From: Octopus bimaculoides
Lineage: Eukaryota
Assembly (NCBI RefSeq): GCF_001194135.2
Contig: NC_069004.1
Coordinates: forward strand, 13,011,166 to 13,075,165
Direction of reading: 5' to 3'
Length of the DNA: 64,000 nt
A program made the translations under genes and the position numbers. Position 1 is the first letter of the stretch, and each line of letters begins with the position of its first letter. Below, in pieces: positions 47,336 through 61,272 of the stretch. Below the pieces are notes generated by a model. That model had not been told where the DNA came from, ran no database searches, and worked only from the letters and a program-made list of their open reading frames with translations.

Positions 47336-48386
47336 ATATATATATATATATATATCTATGCAAATGTGTCTTAGTGCTTGTTCCCCACCACCATCACCTG
47401 CACTTGACAATCAGTGCTGGTGTGTTTATATCTCCATAACTTAATAGTTCAGCAAAAGAGACTGATAGAATAAGTACTAGGGTTTAAAAAAAAGGGTCCT
47501 GGGGTTGATTTGTTCGAGTAAAACCCTTCAAAGCAGAGCCCCAGCATGGCTGCAGCCAAATAACTGAAACAAGTGAAAGATAAACAACAAAAGATCATAA
47601 TTTTAGGTAAGAACTCATTAAGTTACGTTCCCAAAACCAGCTTAATAATGAGGAAGTTGGTTAATTCACTAAATATTTTCTAAATCCTTGATTACTTACA
47701 AAATTATTTGCAATACATAAGAGAGAATATTCCATTAGAAAAATGGTGATGGAAAGTTTAAAGATACAGGATAGATATGATGGTGGAGTTCCTAAGTTTG
47801 TAAGTCAGTCATGTGTAGCTTTAAGATTTTTAGTTCGTTTAGCAATTGGACATTGCAGTAGAGTTGTGCATCTTTTATTTTTTATCTTTTACTTATTTCA
47901 GTCAATGGACTGCAGCCATGCTGGAGCATTGCCTTGAAGAATTTTAATTGAACTTGTTGACCACCCCCAGTAGTTATTATTATTAGTAATGGGCTTTCAG
48001 TTTCTGTCTACCAAATTCACTCACAAGGCTTTCGTCAGCCTGAGGCTATAGTAGAAGACACAGTGAGATTGAACCTGAAACCATGTAGTTGGGAAGGAAA
48101 CTTAGATAGCCAAGATGGATTTTTATGTTTGTTTGTTTTTTTGTCATGAGAAAGGTACCCTTAAACAAGAGATCTGGCCTACATGCTTTCAACAGAGCAG
48201 ATTCCACAAAAGCCACCCAAGGATCAAGTGGTGGTGTTAGACTGGGCAACAGATTAAATTTACCACCAAATAGGCTGAAGTGGGATTTGAACTTAGAATG
48301 CAAAAATCTAGAATGTATTACTGCAAGGCAACCTGTTTGATGCTCAAATGACTCTGCCAGTTCATTCTACACAAGTAATTTATGTA

Positions 48387-49608
48387 CTGGGTATTTGGGG
48401 TACATTTGATGATTTGTTATGTCTCCATTTTTCTGAAATACCTTGAAGTATTGGTAAATAGTCAATGGTGTTGGAGAGCATAAGGATTAAAGTTGTAGTT
48501 GAGAAAAAGTTAGCTGATATGGAAAACTGGAAGCCATTTGAATACTGGAAAAGAGTTATCTGTATCAAGATGATTTGTGCCAGGTATCAAAATACAAACA
48601 CCATGACTGCTGCTCTAAGCTCTGTGAATACCGTAAAGGCTGTAAGACATGACATGAACAGCTGCAATGGAGACTATGGAACTGTAGCTAGCAGGAAGGG
48701 ACACAGCAGGTGATCTGACTGGGTCCAAACACTTGGATTCATCCGAAATTGCAGGACAAGTGGATGGAAGATCCAAGCAATGGAATCCATTGCTTGGCAA
48801 GAGAGACGATTATTGAAGTCACCATGATGAAGCTAGTCCTGAATGACAACCAAGGCCAAGGAAACTCGCTTGACAAACGCAAAGAAGCTGAGGCGTCCTG
48901 TTGAGCTGAGGATAATCTGTTTCTTCTCAGATGAAAAGAACTTCTGCCTAGACTAGATGAGCATTGCTCAGAACAACAATCCATGTGGTATTTCAATTAT
49001 TATAAAAACTAAGTCCTCCCAAATTGTGATGGTTTTTGGGTGCCTCTCCAGTGAAGGTGACGTCATGCTACCCTACATCTTTGAAGAGAGCCTAAGGCTC
49101 AATTGAGACGGCTATGTGAAGCTACTGGAGACTGTGGTCAAACCCTGGCTGCAGTGCATTTGAACTGAAAGGCCATATGTGTGGCAGCAGGATTTGGCTC
49201 CATGCCATACTGCTGGAAAGAGCCAGAAATAGTTTTTGGAGGATTTCTACAACTTCACCCGCCCCAATTTCTGGCCTTCTAATTCCTCCAATTGTAATCC
49301 TATGGATTGCTATGCATGGGGCATAGTAATTATTCTGCCTGCAACGCCAAGGCTGAGTTGGAGGCCAAGATCAAAAAGGTGTTTATAGATCTTCCCAGGG
49401 ACACAGGGAAGGATGCATGTGCCAGATTCAGGAGTCATTTTAAAGCCATTGTGGAATCTGAGGGTGGCTACTTTGAGTAAACCGTTATCTCCCAGCCATA
49501 ATCTAGTTGATATATTTTAATTTTTAAAAATACTTTTATTTTTGGATGGCATATTGTGTTTTCCTTTCATTTTATGCAAACTGTCAAATTTAACCTGAAC
49601 ACTTTCTG
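48387..49608 (+). mobile_element. Second decayed copy of the same maT/DD37D family
   Basis: Colinear with 36167-37425 (FFSDEKNFCLD, PYIFEESLRLN, YVWQQD, WPSNSSNCNPMDC); similar TIRs. Confidence 0.88.
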
Positions 49609-50462
49609 TTGAATCTGGAAGTAAACAAGCAAAGTCATTCAGGGTGAGATTTGAACATGAAATGCTAAAATTTGAAATAAATACTGCAAGTCATTTTGCC
49701 GGATGCCCTAACGATGCTACCAATGTCAAATAACCTTTATATTTTGAGTGCAGTTTATCTTTTAATCCATCCAAGGTTGATAAAATAAGTAAGTTCATCC
49801 ATTATCATGGGTATAGCTTAGAGTTAGAAGGGTTCTCTCAAGCTTACTCTCTCTAGACACACACAGACACACACACAAAATACATTTCAAATGGTGATCC
49901 CACAAGCCAAGAGAACATAGGGCAAATATTGCTACAACCACAACATTGCCCAATGCATTACATACAGGACAATCTCCAATGTAATATAGAACATTAACCC
50001 CAGACTAAATCCTAACAAATAGAATACAGGCCCTCCATTAACAACCACCATTATAGTAACTACACACCAAAACACTGTTTAATATTGTTATCACTATGTA
50101 ACATTTTGTACTAATCTATAGCTTGAAATGTTTTACTTTTATGCTTGGTGATGGTGGTAGGAGTGGTGCCTTTTTCTTCTTCTCTGTCTTTATCCTTTCT
50201 TTCTTCTTTGAATGAGAAGGTTGTTTGTCCATTCGGTCAGGATGGAGTAGACAGCTTTATCTAATTTTACTGAGAGGAAATGTTTTTCACCCATAAACCA
50301 TCATGCGTACATATGCTGAGAAATCAATTAAGAAATAATTCTAACACACCACTCTTTCATGTGTGAGAGGGAAGAAGAAAAAAAAAGATTATATAAAAGA
50401 CATTACCCTTCAAAAACATTAAAAGACAAGTTGTGTGTTGCACTTGTTGCAAACATAAAGAA

Positions 50463-50497
<35 letters not shown>

Positions 50498-50524
50498 AGA
50501 CTGAACTTCATGTTCATACATGTT

Positions 50525-51544
50525 TACCTTTTTTCCTTGTCCTATATACATACATACATATACATACATATAAATACATATATATATGCATACATATACA
50601 TATATATATAAATATACATACATATATATATACATATACATATATATAAATATACATACATATATATATACATATACATATATATAAATATACATACATA
50701 TATATACATATATATACATACATATATACATACATATATATATACATACATATATACATACATATATATATATACATACATATATATATATACATACATA
50801 TATACATACATATATATATATACATACATATATACATACATATATATATATATATATACATACATATATACATACATATATATATATATACATACATATA
50901 TACATACATATATATATACATACATATATACATACATATATATATATATACATACATATATACATACATATATATANNNNNNNNNNNNNNNNNNNNNNNN
51001 NNNNNNNNNNNNNNNNNNNNNNNNNNNNNNNNNNNNNNNNNNNNNNNNNNNNNNNNNNNNNNNNNNNNNNNNNNNNNNNNNNNNNNNNNNNNNNNNNNNN
51101 NNNNNNNNNNNNNNNNNNNNNNNNNNNNNNNNNNNNNNNNNNNNNNNNNNNNNNNNNNNNNNNNNNNNNNNNNNNNNNNNNNNNNNNNNNNNNNNNNNNN
51201 NNNNNNNNNNNNNNNNNNNNNNNNNNNNNNNNNNNNNNNNNNNNNNNNNNNNNNNNNNNNNNNNNNNNNNNNNNNNNNNNNNNNNNNNNNNNNNNNNNNN
51301 NNNNNNNNNNNNNNNNNNNNNNNNNNNNNNNNNNNNNNNNNNNNNNNNNNNNNNNNNNNNNNNNNNNNNNNNNNNNNNNNNNNNNNNNNNNNNNNNNNNN
51401 NNNNNNNNNNNNNNNNNNNNNNNNNNNNNNNNNNNNNNNNNNNNNNNNNNNNNNNNNNNNNNNNNNNNNNNNNNNNNNNNNNNNNNNNNNNNTACATACA
51501 TATATATATATATACATACATATATATATATATACATACATATA

Positions 51545-51615
<71 letters not shown>

Positions 51616-51889
51616 ATACATACATATATATATATACATACATATATACATACATACATATATATATATATATATCTACATACATACATATATATATATA
51701 CACATATATATATATACATACATATATACATATACATATATATACACATACATATACACACATATATACACATACACACATATATACATATACACACATA
51801 TATACATATACACACATATATACATATACACACATATACGTATATACATATACATATATATATACATATATGCATATATACGTATATGT
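50525..51889. repeat. Compound (TA)n/(TACA)n microsatellite array around a 0.5-kb gap
   Basis: Directly visible. Confidence 0.95.
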
Positions 51890-52390
51890 ATGCCCAGAGC
51901 ATGCTCTGGGCATTCTTTCAACCAATGAAAGCAAATATTCAGTGGTAATATTTTGCCTCTCCTCTTGTAAGAGTGTCCAGAGGGTTTCTGCACTCCTTGA
52001 TTGTCACTTTTTCCCTCTGCGATCCAAGTCATTCCACACAATTTTGATTGGATTGCAATCAAGGGATTGGGCTGGCGATTTCATTACAGTCAACATGTTG
52101 TAGGAGACATGTTAGCTTCATTGGCTTCACTTAGTTGTGCAACAATTTCATTTGCTGTCTGGCATCTGTTTCGAAGACTGGTGACTCTTTTGAACTTATC
52201 CTGTGATTTAGAACTTACTTTTGGATGACTTGAGTGAGCTCTGTCGTTATTTTTTCCTGTTTCATGATACCTTACAATGGTGGAGTGGACAGCAGTGTAG
52301 GGAATTTTAACTTTTTTGGCTATATCCCGTAAACTATGTTTAGTCCCTTGTGGGCAGTAAAGAAATAACACATACACACACACGAATATT
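51890..52390 (-). mobile_element. Internally deleted Tc1 (DD34E) transposase remnant
   Basis: HTH SLRDIAKKVKIPYTAVHSTIVRYHETG joined to [20 protein letters not shown] and LVERMPRAC. Confidence 0.85.
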
Positions 52391-53849
52391 TCATGTTATG
52401 CTATGAAATGGTGCACACAACCAGAATCTTTTTATTCAAGTCAAATATAACAAACTACTCCAAATTATTGTTGGAGAATCTGCATAAGTGGAGTCTAGAT
52501 TGGTTAGTTTGTACTGGCATTGAGTTGTATAAGTTGTAATAATGAAATCAAACCAAATAGCGATATTTTGAGATCATTTAATATGCATGTTTCAGGTTTG
52601 TGTATTATCTAATATATAATAGGAAATGCATCCATTACATAAACCTTTCTCAGTTAAAAGCATTTCAAAACATATTTAAGGGATGACCAACACCCTCCCA
52701 ATATAAACAGGTGAAAAACCTGTAAATAATACCAACCTGCCGACTAACTAATCCTTACCACATACTTACATTCTTTTGTTGACCCCTAAAAGCTGACATA
52801 TCAAGTAACACCTAAATACAAAGATCAAAACACTAGACTGAATTCTAAAATTTAACTTTTAAATTCTCAAAACAAAAGGTAAATATCCCATTAATATATA
52901 AATAAAACCAACAACAACCACACCAAGTGAGGAATCTTCTGTCTGAGAATCTAACTACATTCTATTGTGAACACCTATGACCCGAAGATGATGCACATAA
53001 AAATACACACTTAAATACACACTACATGTAGGAATAAATTCTAGCAATTAGCACTTCCCCAAATTTAATCAATAAAAATTCTCCATAGGTGCATGTGTAG
53101 TTGAGTGGTAAGAAGCTTGCTGCCCAACCACATGGCTCTGGGTTCAGTCCCACTACATAGAACCTTGGACAAGTGTCTTCTACTATAGCCTTGGGCTGAC
53201 CAAAGCCTTGTGAGCGGATTTGGTAGATGGAAACTGAAAGAAGCCTGTCATATATATTCTTTTATATGATTCAGCCATGAGGCTGTGGCCATGCTGGGGC
53301 ACCGCCATGTATATATTCATGCGTGTCTTTGTGTTTCCCTCACCACCACTGCTTGACAATTGATACTGGTGTGCTTATGTCCCTGTAACTTAGCAGTTTG
53401 GCAAAGAGACCAATAGAATAAGTACTAGGCTTACAAAGAATAAGTCCTGGGGTCGATTTATTCGACTAAAACCATTTAAAGCAATGCTCCAGCATGGCCA
53501 CAGTCAAATGACTGAAACAAGTAAAAGGATAAAAGAATATCATGGCCACCACAACTTATGATACAACGTAATTATCATTCAACAGAACTCAGGTAACTCT
53601 AGAAGATTTTTAACTTAACAGAGACTACATAAAGGCAAAATGAACTTACATTAATTACAGTCTGATGATGACTTAGCAAGCCAAAACTTCAAAGTCACTG
53701 TCAATATTATTCTTGTTAGAGAATAATAAATTTGTACTGTACCAAATGTATTAAGTAATCCTGCAATTTAATGTAAAATTGTTTTTATTATAACATAAAA
53801 ACAAACATTTACACACACACACATTATTTTCCCCTTTTTCTTGTCCTTT

Positions 53850-53881
<32 letters not shown>

Positions 53882-54169
53882 CCACACATATATCTATATC
53901 TATATATATATATATATAAGGAGAATTCACAAAAAAAACAACAGATGAAGACAGGTAGTGTAGAAAACAAACAGATGTATTAGTATAACGCTTGGGAATA
54001 GAGAAAGTCTTTGAAGTTTTGAGCCTAAGCTCTTTAACAGAAAGGAACACAGAAATAAACAAGGAGAGAAACACGGAGAGAAAAAAAAATGTGTGTAGTG
54101 GTCAGCGATCTATCATGGCGAATGCTGGACAGAAGGGATTACACAGGAGAGCTAAGAAGAAGGGGAAAT

Positions 54170-54686
54170 AGGATGGCTAAAAGTCATCTGACAGAAAATC
54201 AAAACCATTTAATTCCAAGATTTATTTATGCTTAACAACTGAATGAATTTAATAAAAATCATCTACATATGAAACATCATGAAAATTGTTCAAACTGAAG
54301 TCCTTCTTGAGCAACACATTTTTCCATTCAAGTCAATACAGAATTACAGATAATATTTATGGAATTTTGATTTACTGTCGAGTGACTTCTGGCCAACCCT
54401 GTATATATNNNNNNNNNNNNNNNNNNNNNNNNNNNNNNNNNNNNNNNNNNNNNNNNNNNNNNNNNNNNNATATATATACACAGGGTAAGCCAGAAGTCAT
54501 GCACCATACCATTTGACATTTTATTTATATTACATTATTAATATTCATTTTGTCCATCATGTACAAGTATATGAGTATTCATCGTTATTTTATTTATTTG
54601 ATGTAATTTTAGAAAAATTGAAGCAGGTCTTTGACAATTCCAGAGTGTTTTCAACTTATTTTGTGTGTGACTTTTGACCCACTCTG
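54170..54686. mobile_element. Two related Tc1/mariner-type MITEs (about 54170-54401 and 54481-54686) separated by (TA)n and a gap
   Basis: Imperfect TIRs of the CAGGGT(T/A)(G/A)GCCAGAAGTCA type with TA flanks. Confidence 0.6.
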
Positions 54687-55650
54687 TACGTAAGTACATC
54701 GTGCATGCATACACACATACATACATACGATACATACATACATACATACATACACACACTTTTATATATACACATTCATACACACACACACAGACATACA
54801 TACAAACATAAACTAAAGTCAGTATGAAAAATTTTAGTGGATTTTTAACTTTTATGTCTTTTTGTCAGCACATTATCATCAATAAAATCATAGCAGAAAT
54901 ATATAATATACAAAAGGAGTAATTGTGTGTGTTATGATGATGATGATGATGACAATGTTAATCTAGTTGTTGTTAGTGTTGTAATGCTTGTTGCAGTAAT
55001 GGAGCTGCAAAAGCTGGTAATTTAGGAGTGGACTTGGTCAATCAATTCCATTGTCCCAGGACGTATGATGCCTGAGTTTATGTGTGAATTATTCATATGT
55101 GAGTCCATAAGTAAATGAACACACATACACACACACAAACATGTACACATCATGCGTGCGCACACACACACACACACACACACACAAGTATATGGATCTT
55201 TGTCGGTTTCTACAAGGCGTATACAGTTGTTCTATCAACTGAGCTAGGTTGGGTGAGTATTCCAGAGATGCATGTATCTTTAATGTAACTCTCAGCTCAA
55301 ATCAACAAGACACACTGAAATGCAACAAGACTGGCCTTTAAATCACAACTACAATCTATCTAACTGATGTTGGTATATTTACATCCCTGTAACTTTGCAG
55401 TTTGACAAAAGAAACTGATAGAATAAGTACCAGGCTTAAAAACGTATTGGGGTTGATTTATTCAACTAAAAATTCTTCAAGGTGGTGCCCTAGCATGGCC
55501 ACAGTCTAATGGCTGAAGCAAGTAGAAGATAAAAGATATATAAAGGTAGACATAGACATTAGATACTGATTGTTGTGGTTAGCTGTTAACTAGAACTTAA
55601 CCAAGAGCTAATATGGTATCCACTCAGGTAATATATCCCTCCAAACTCAC

Positions 55651-55692
<42 letters not shown>

Positions 55693-56790
55693 TTTGTTTT
55701 TATGTTATAATAAAAACAATTTTACATTAAACTGAACAATTACTCAATACTTTTGGTAGAATACTATTTACAGGGACATAAATACACCAACACTGGTTGT
55801 CAAGCGATGGTGGGAAATAAAGATAAAAACAAACACACAGATATATATATATATATATATATGACTTCAAAGTTTCAACCAGTTAAGCCATCATTTGACA
55901 CGTGCGTGTGCGTGCACACACATATATATATTCGTATATAGAATGCATATATATCTACACACTTAAATAGAGACAGACATTGCACATACATACAAATACA
56001 TACACACATACTTATATGCATGTATAGACACATATATATATATATATAGATATACAAACATTACATGCATATACAGGCCTCCACACACAGCTTTTCCTTT
56101 CTCTTGATGAGTTTTTATATTCATACATGTATAGAATATGTATGTACACATACCTCTATCTGCAGTCATGCACTTGCGGGGACACACACACACTCTCTTT
56201 CTCTATCTGTCTGTATCTCACTCTAAAACACAAGATAGAGGAAATTCAGAAATATACTTCTGAAGCAACCATAAATTATTTTAGAGAAAAATAAAAGTTA
56301 CATCGTAAATTAGTGTTTTATTGTTTTTAAATAGAATTTCTTTTATATATTTTTTAAAAAAAGCTTCCCACAAAGGAGTCAATAAGAAAGAATATAAGTG
56401 TGCGTGCACGTGTGTGTTTGTGTATATATGGATGCACACATGCATACACACAACACATGCACACAGAGGAACACTCATAAATATTATGGCAGAACGACAT
56501 ATATAAATAGATAGATAGATGCATACATACAAAGGCACAGAGAAAGTGTGAGGCATACACACCCAAATGTGCACATGTAAATGCAGATTAAAAAAAGATA
56601 TATATATAAATGTATATAAGAGCAACAAGAAAGAATATTAAAGTATAAAACAAATTTATTATTTAACGTTTTCAAAATAGAATTTTAATAGTCTATTTGT
56701 ATTCACTGACTTCATTATTTGAAGCATAATTTATTATTTTTTAAGCATTTCTTTATAATTATATTACACACAATACAGAACACACACACA

Positions 56791-56828
<38 letters not shown>

Positions 56829-56830
56829 TA

Positions 56831-56861
<31 letters not shown>

Positions 56862-57129
56862 GCATGTAAATTTCAAGAAGTTGTTTTGCTAAAAATTGGT
56901 AATGCTTTGCAATATCTTCTGACATTTATCTTGAAGACAATATGTTGTGCTGCCTTAAAAGAAAACAAGGGAAAAAGACTGGTTACAGGATTTATTTTCT
57001 CAGCAACTAGGAGGGGGCTCCCTGAATAGAAGGTAAATAAATGAATGAGATAGCAGCAATGAAGTTAGAACCAGTTAGAATAATACCCCAGTTAGGGGTA
57101 GCTATTTCTAGTTTACTTAACACATATAC

Positions 57130-57503
57130 CACAAGATTATGGGTTAGCATTAGTTAGATATGAAATCCAACCAACAACTCTACTCAGAATCTGGGAGGCA
57201 TCCTAGTATGATTTGGGAGCGCCAGCTCAAACTAATTGGCCATGTTGCTTGATTTTCTGAGTTAGATCCTGCTTACTGTGTTTTCTTCATTGAGGATCCC
57301 GCCGGGTTGATGGCTCATGTCGGTTGACCAGACCACACACCACATGGTATGAGGAGGTATATCGCAAAGATGAGAACTGACTAGGACTCTGCTCGAGGGG
57401 TCACCTGGGAGGACCCAGGAATATACCGAGAAATGGTGAATGCAGCAACACACTTCAACAGTGCATGCTTCCTAACCCCAAATCTGATCTGATCTGATCT
57501 GAT
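57130..57503 (+). mobile_element. 3' end of a different RTE-like LINE with (TCTGA)n tail
   Basis: IWERQLKLIGHVA..SELDPAY motif, AATGCAGCAACACAC end, TCTGA x4. Confidence 0.6.
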
Positions 57504-60156
57504 ATACATGATACCATTAGGAAAAGACTGAAGATCACATGTCCTTATTATAACAGATGTGTTATAGAATTAAAACCTATTCTTTCAAAACACTTAAAAA
57601 TGTCCCTGCTGTATAGAATGATTGCGAAGGTGGTGTCCTGGCTGGATGGTTAAAATATTTGCTTTACAGACATGTGATTTCAGGTTCAATCCCACTGCAC
57701 AAAACCCAGAGTAAACATGTGTGTTCAGGCTTGGCCCCATTGTACAACACCTTGAGTAAATGTTTTCTACTATAGACCAAACGCATGACCAAAGCATTGT
57801 TAGAGGGTTTGGTAGACAGAAGCTGAAGGAAGCCTGTTGTGTGTGTGTGTGTGTGTGTGAGTGTGCTTGTTCTGATATCATGTACTAGTTGTAAACAAAT
57901 ATCACCATCACTTAAGTGGTGTCATTTATTTGCAATCCTTTGGGAAAATATCTCTGACCACTGTGCATTTCTTGTTTGAAGGGGTAGGGGAAACATTAGT
58001 TTGTTTGGGAACAGGTCAGTACTTTCATCTGAGTTATGCAAGAATGGGAAAAGTGGATGTTAAAATGAGGATGACAACTGTTACTGCTGCTGTTACTGCT
58101 ACTACTTCAAGAAATGAGTGAGTCTATACATAATCACTAAGGCTGTTAGAAACAGCAGCCAAATCTGCCTCAAATTATACCCTACTAAAGAAGAAAAGGC
58201 ACAGGTGAGGCTGTGTGGTAAGAAGTTTGCTTCCCAACCACATGGTTCCAGGTTCAGTCCCCCTGTTTGGCACCACATGGTTCTGGGTTCAGTCTCACTG
58301 CATAGCACCTTGTGCAAGTGTCTTCTACTATAGCCTTGAACCAACCAAGGCCACGTGAGTGGATCTGGTAAATGGAAACTGAAAGAAGCTCATCGTGTGT
58401 GTGTGTCCCCACTGCTTGACAATTGGTGCGTGTTTGTTTTCATCCTTGGTAAAAGAGACTTATAGAATAAGTACAAGATTTTAAAAAAGAAAAGTACTAG
58501 AGATGATCTGTTGAAATAAACCTTTCAAGATAGTGCTCCAGTATGGCCACAGTCCAACAACAGAAACAAGACAAAAGATACAGAAATGCAGACAATCGCA
58601 CATTCAGAAACACATAAAGTGTTGTGCATACACACGTAACAGAAGCAAACAGGCAAACATTGAGGGAACCTTATATTTAATTAACAAGGTTAACATTAAC
58701 CTTACACTTCCAATGTATTTTCTATACAGAGCCAATCTGACAAAATGCCAACCCACTCCACTGACTGGCACCTGTTTCAGACTTCCTTTTCCATGTCTGG
58801 CTGTTTACTGGGGTGTGACAGCTACTGGAGAATTTAATCTAAAGAAACTATTCCACCACTGCCACCACCGCCACCGCCACCACCACCACCACCACCACCA
58901 CCACTACCACCACCAATAATGTTTTCAGATTTTGGCACAAGGCAAGCAAATTCAAGGAGGAGGATAAGTCAATTACATTGACCCCAGCATTCAACTGGTA
59001 CTTACTGAACTCAGAATGCAAAGATGGACGAAATGCACTAAGCATTTTGCCTGGTGTGCTAACGATTCTGATTTCTTTATTGCCCACACGGGGCTAAACA
59101 TAGAGGGGACAAACAAGAACAGACAAAGGGATTAAGTCGATTACATCGACCCCCAGTGTGTAACTGGTACTTAATTTATCGACCCTGAAAGGATAAAAGG
59201 CAAAGCCGACCTCTGTGGAATTTGAACTCAGAATGTAACGGCAGACGAAATACCACTAAGCATTTTGCCCGGCATGCTAACGATTCTGCCAGCTCGCCAC
59301 TATTACCAATAACAAGAATGATTTCTGATTTAGGCAAAGTCGATCTGAACTTAGATTGTAAAGGGTCAGAGAAAATACCACACAGCAGTTGGTCACATCT
59401 GAGAATCCAGCAGGAAAGTGTAATGATGGATGTTGCTGATAGGACCCAGTCAAGGAGGTACCAGAGGACTATTCCATGACCCTTCCAGGAATGGTGGGTA
59501 CCAAAAATGGCTGAATAGATAATACTAATTATTATAATTGTTTCCAATTGAAACACAAGGCCAGCAATTTTGAAGAGAAGGTACTTTATTTCTATGCATT
59601 TGTTTTGCAAGATTCTTGATATGAAATCGTGTATTGAAACAGATATTGTTATATTTGGGGATGGTCATCTTTTGCCAATTAGACACATGCATTATTTATT
59701 TGCTCTTCACTTTAGTTTTATTATTATTATTATTATTATTTTAATTAAAAAATTTTTTTTTTTAGTTTATTAAAGTTCTTTCGTCACACATCCTGTGACC
59801 TCTTCAATGACTTATATCCCAGAAGGTCAAAATGGAATAGGCAGGACAAGGGGAGACATATGGGATAGAAAGTCACTGAAGAGGTCACAGGATGTGTGAT
59901 GAAAGAACTTTGATAAAGAATCTAATAATAATAATAATAATAACAAAGACAAAGTGAAGATCAAATAAATAGTGAGTGTATTTAACTGGCAAAAGATGAC
60001 CATCCCCAAGTATAAAAATATTGTATTTTATTAACTTGAAAGGTAAAGTTGACCTGACCAGTATTTGAAGTCAGAATATAAAGAATCAGAACAAGGTGGG
60101 AGGTGAGAGGTTACAGGTTGCCAGTGAGGATGTAATGCTAGAACAGTGTTTGTAGT

Positions 60157-60447
60157 TAGTGGTAGGACAGTAGTTGTAGTGAATGGTAGGACAGTGGTTG
60201 TAGTGAATGGTAGGACAGTGGTTGTAGTGAATGGTAGGACAGTGGTTGTAGTGAATGGTAGGACAGTGGTTGTAGTGAATGGTAGGACAGTGGTTGTAGT
60301 GAATGNNNNNNNNNNAATGGTAGGACAGTGGTTGTAGTGAATGGTAGGACAGTGGTTGTAGTGAATGGTAGGACAGTGGTTGTAGTGAATGGTAGGACAG
60401 TGGTTGTAGTGAATGGTAGGACAGTGGTTGTAGTGAATGGTAGGACA
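60157..60447. repeat. 24-bp minisatellite (GTAGTGAATGGTAGGACAGTGGTT), about 12 copies
   Basis: Directly visible, homogeneous units, 10-N gap inside. Confidence 0.95.
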
Positions 60448-60519
60448 ATGGTTATAGTTTGTGGTAGGTAAGTGGAGGTTTTTCCTATATGACCAATAGC
60501 TTTATTTTAGCACAAAGGA

Positions 60520-60584
<65 letters not shown>

Positions 60585-61010
60585 TGTGTGCGTGTGAGAA
60601 TGTGCGTAATATTGATGATGACAATGCTGGTTGTAAAAATGACACCCAAACCTATTTTCACCTCTTCCTGTTTAACTGGTTGACAAGATCATCCAAGTAG
60701 GTCATCATTGTTACCCATCCCACCACCACCACCACTATCGCGACCACTTTTTTTGGACTGTGGTCATGCTGGGATACCATCTTGAAGGGTTTTTAGTCAA
60801 ACAAACTGACCCCTTGAACTTATTCTACTGGTTTCTTTTGCTGAATGGATATGTTATAAGGACGCAAACAAACCAACACCAATTGTCAAGCAATGGCAGG
60901 GGACATACACAAACACACTCAAAGACATACATGCATATATATATATATATATATTACGAAGACGTACTTGCATAGCAAGTGACCTGATCTGAGATTGTAA
61001 GCGGGAACGA

Positions 61011-61272
61011 AAACAATTGCAGCATGGAAGGTGTTTATAAGCCATTTAAGAAACACACAAAAACTGTTAAATTCACTTCAACATTTAAATTTAATTTGCC
61101 AAAATATTTTCGTCGCTTTGAGACCGCAACCTGTTCTTTTGTCAGTGAACAGGTCAGGGTCTCAAAGCAACGAAAATAGTTTGGCAAATTAAATTTAAAT
61201 GTTGAAGTGAATCTAACAGTTTTTGTATGTTTCTTAAATGGTTTATAAACACCTCCCATGCTGCAACTGTTT
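61011..61272. repeat. About 262-bp palindromic non-coding element; related central fragment at about 7650-7720
   Basis: About 125-bp arms with about 10-nt loop; ACCTGTTCACTGACAAAA / TTTTGTCAGTGAACAGGT shared with the 7.7-kb copy. Confidence 0.88.

Noticed and set aside
50357-51934. 369-525-aa Y/I/M/C/V-rich ORFs
   Set aside because: Translations of (TA)/(TACA) microsatellite and a gap
60157-60447. CRISPR-like array
   Set aside because: Head-to-tail identical units with no unique spacers; eukaryotic minisatellite
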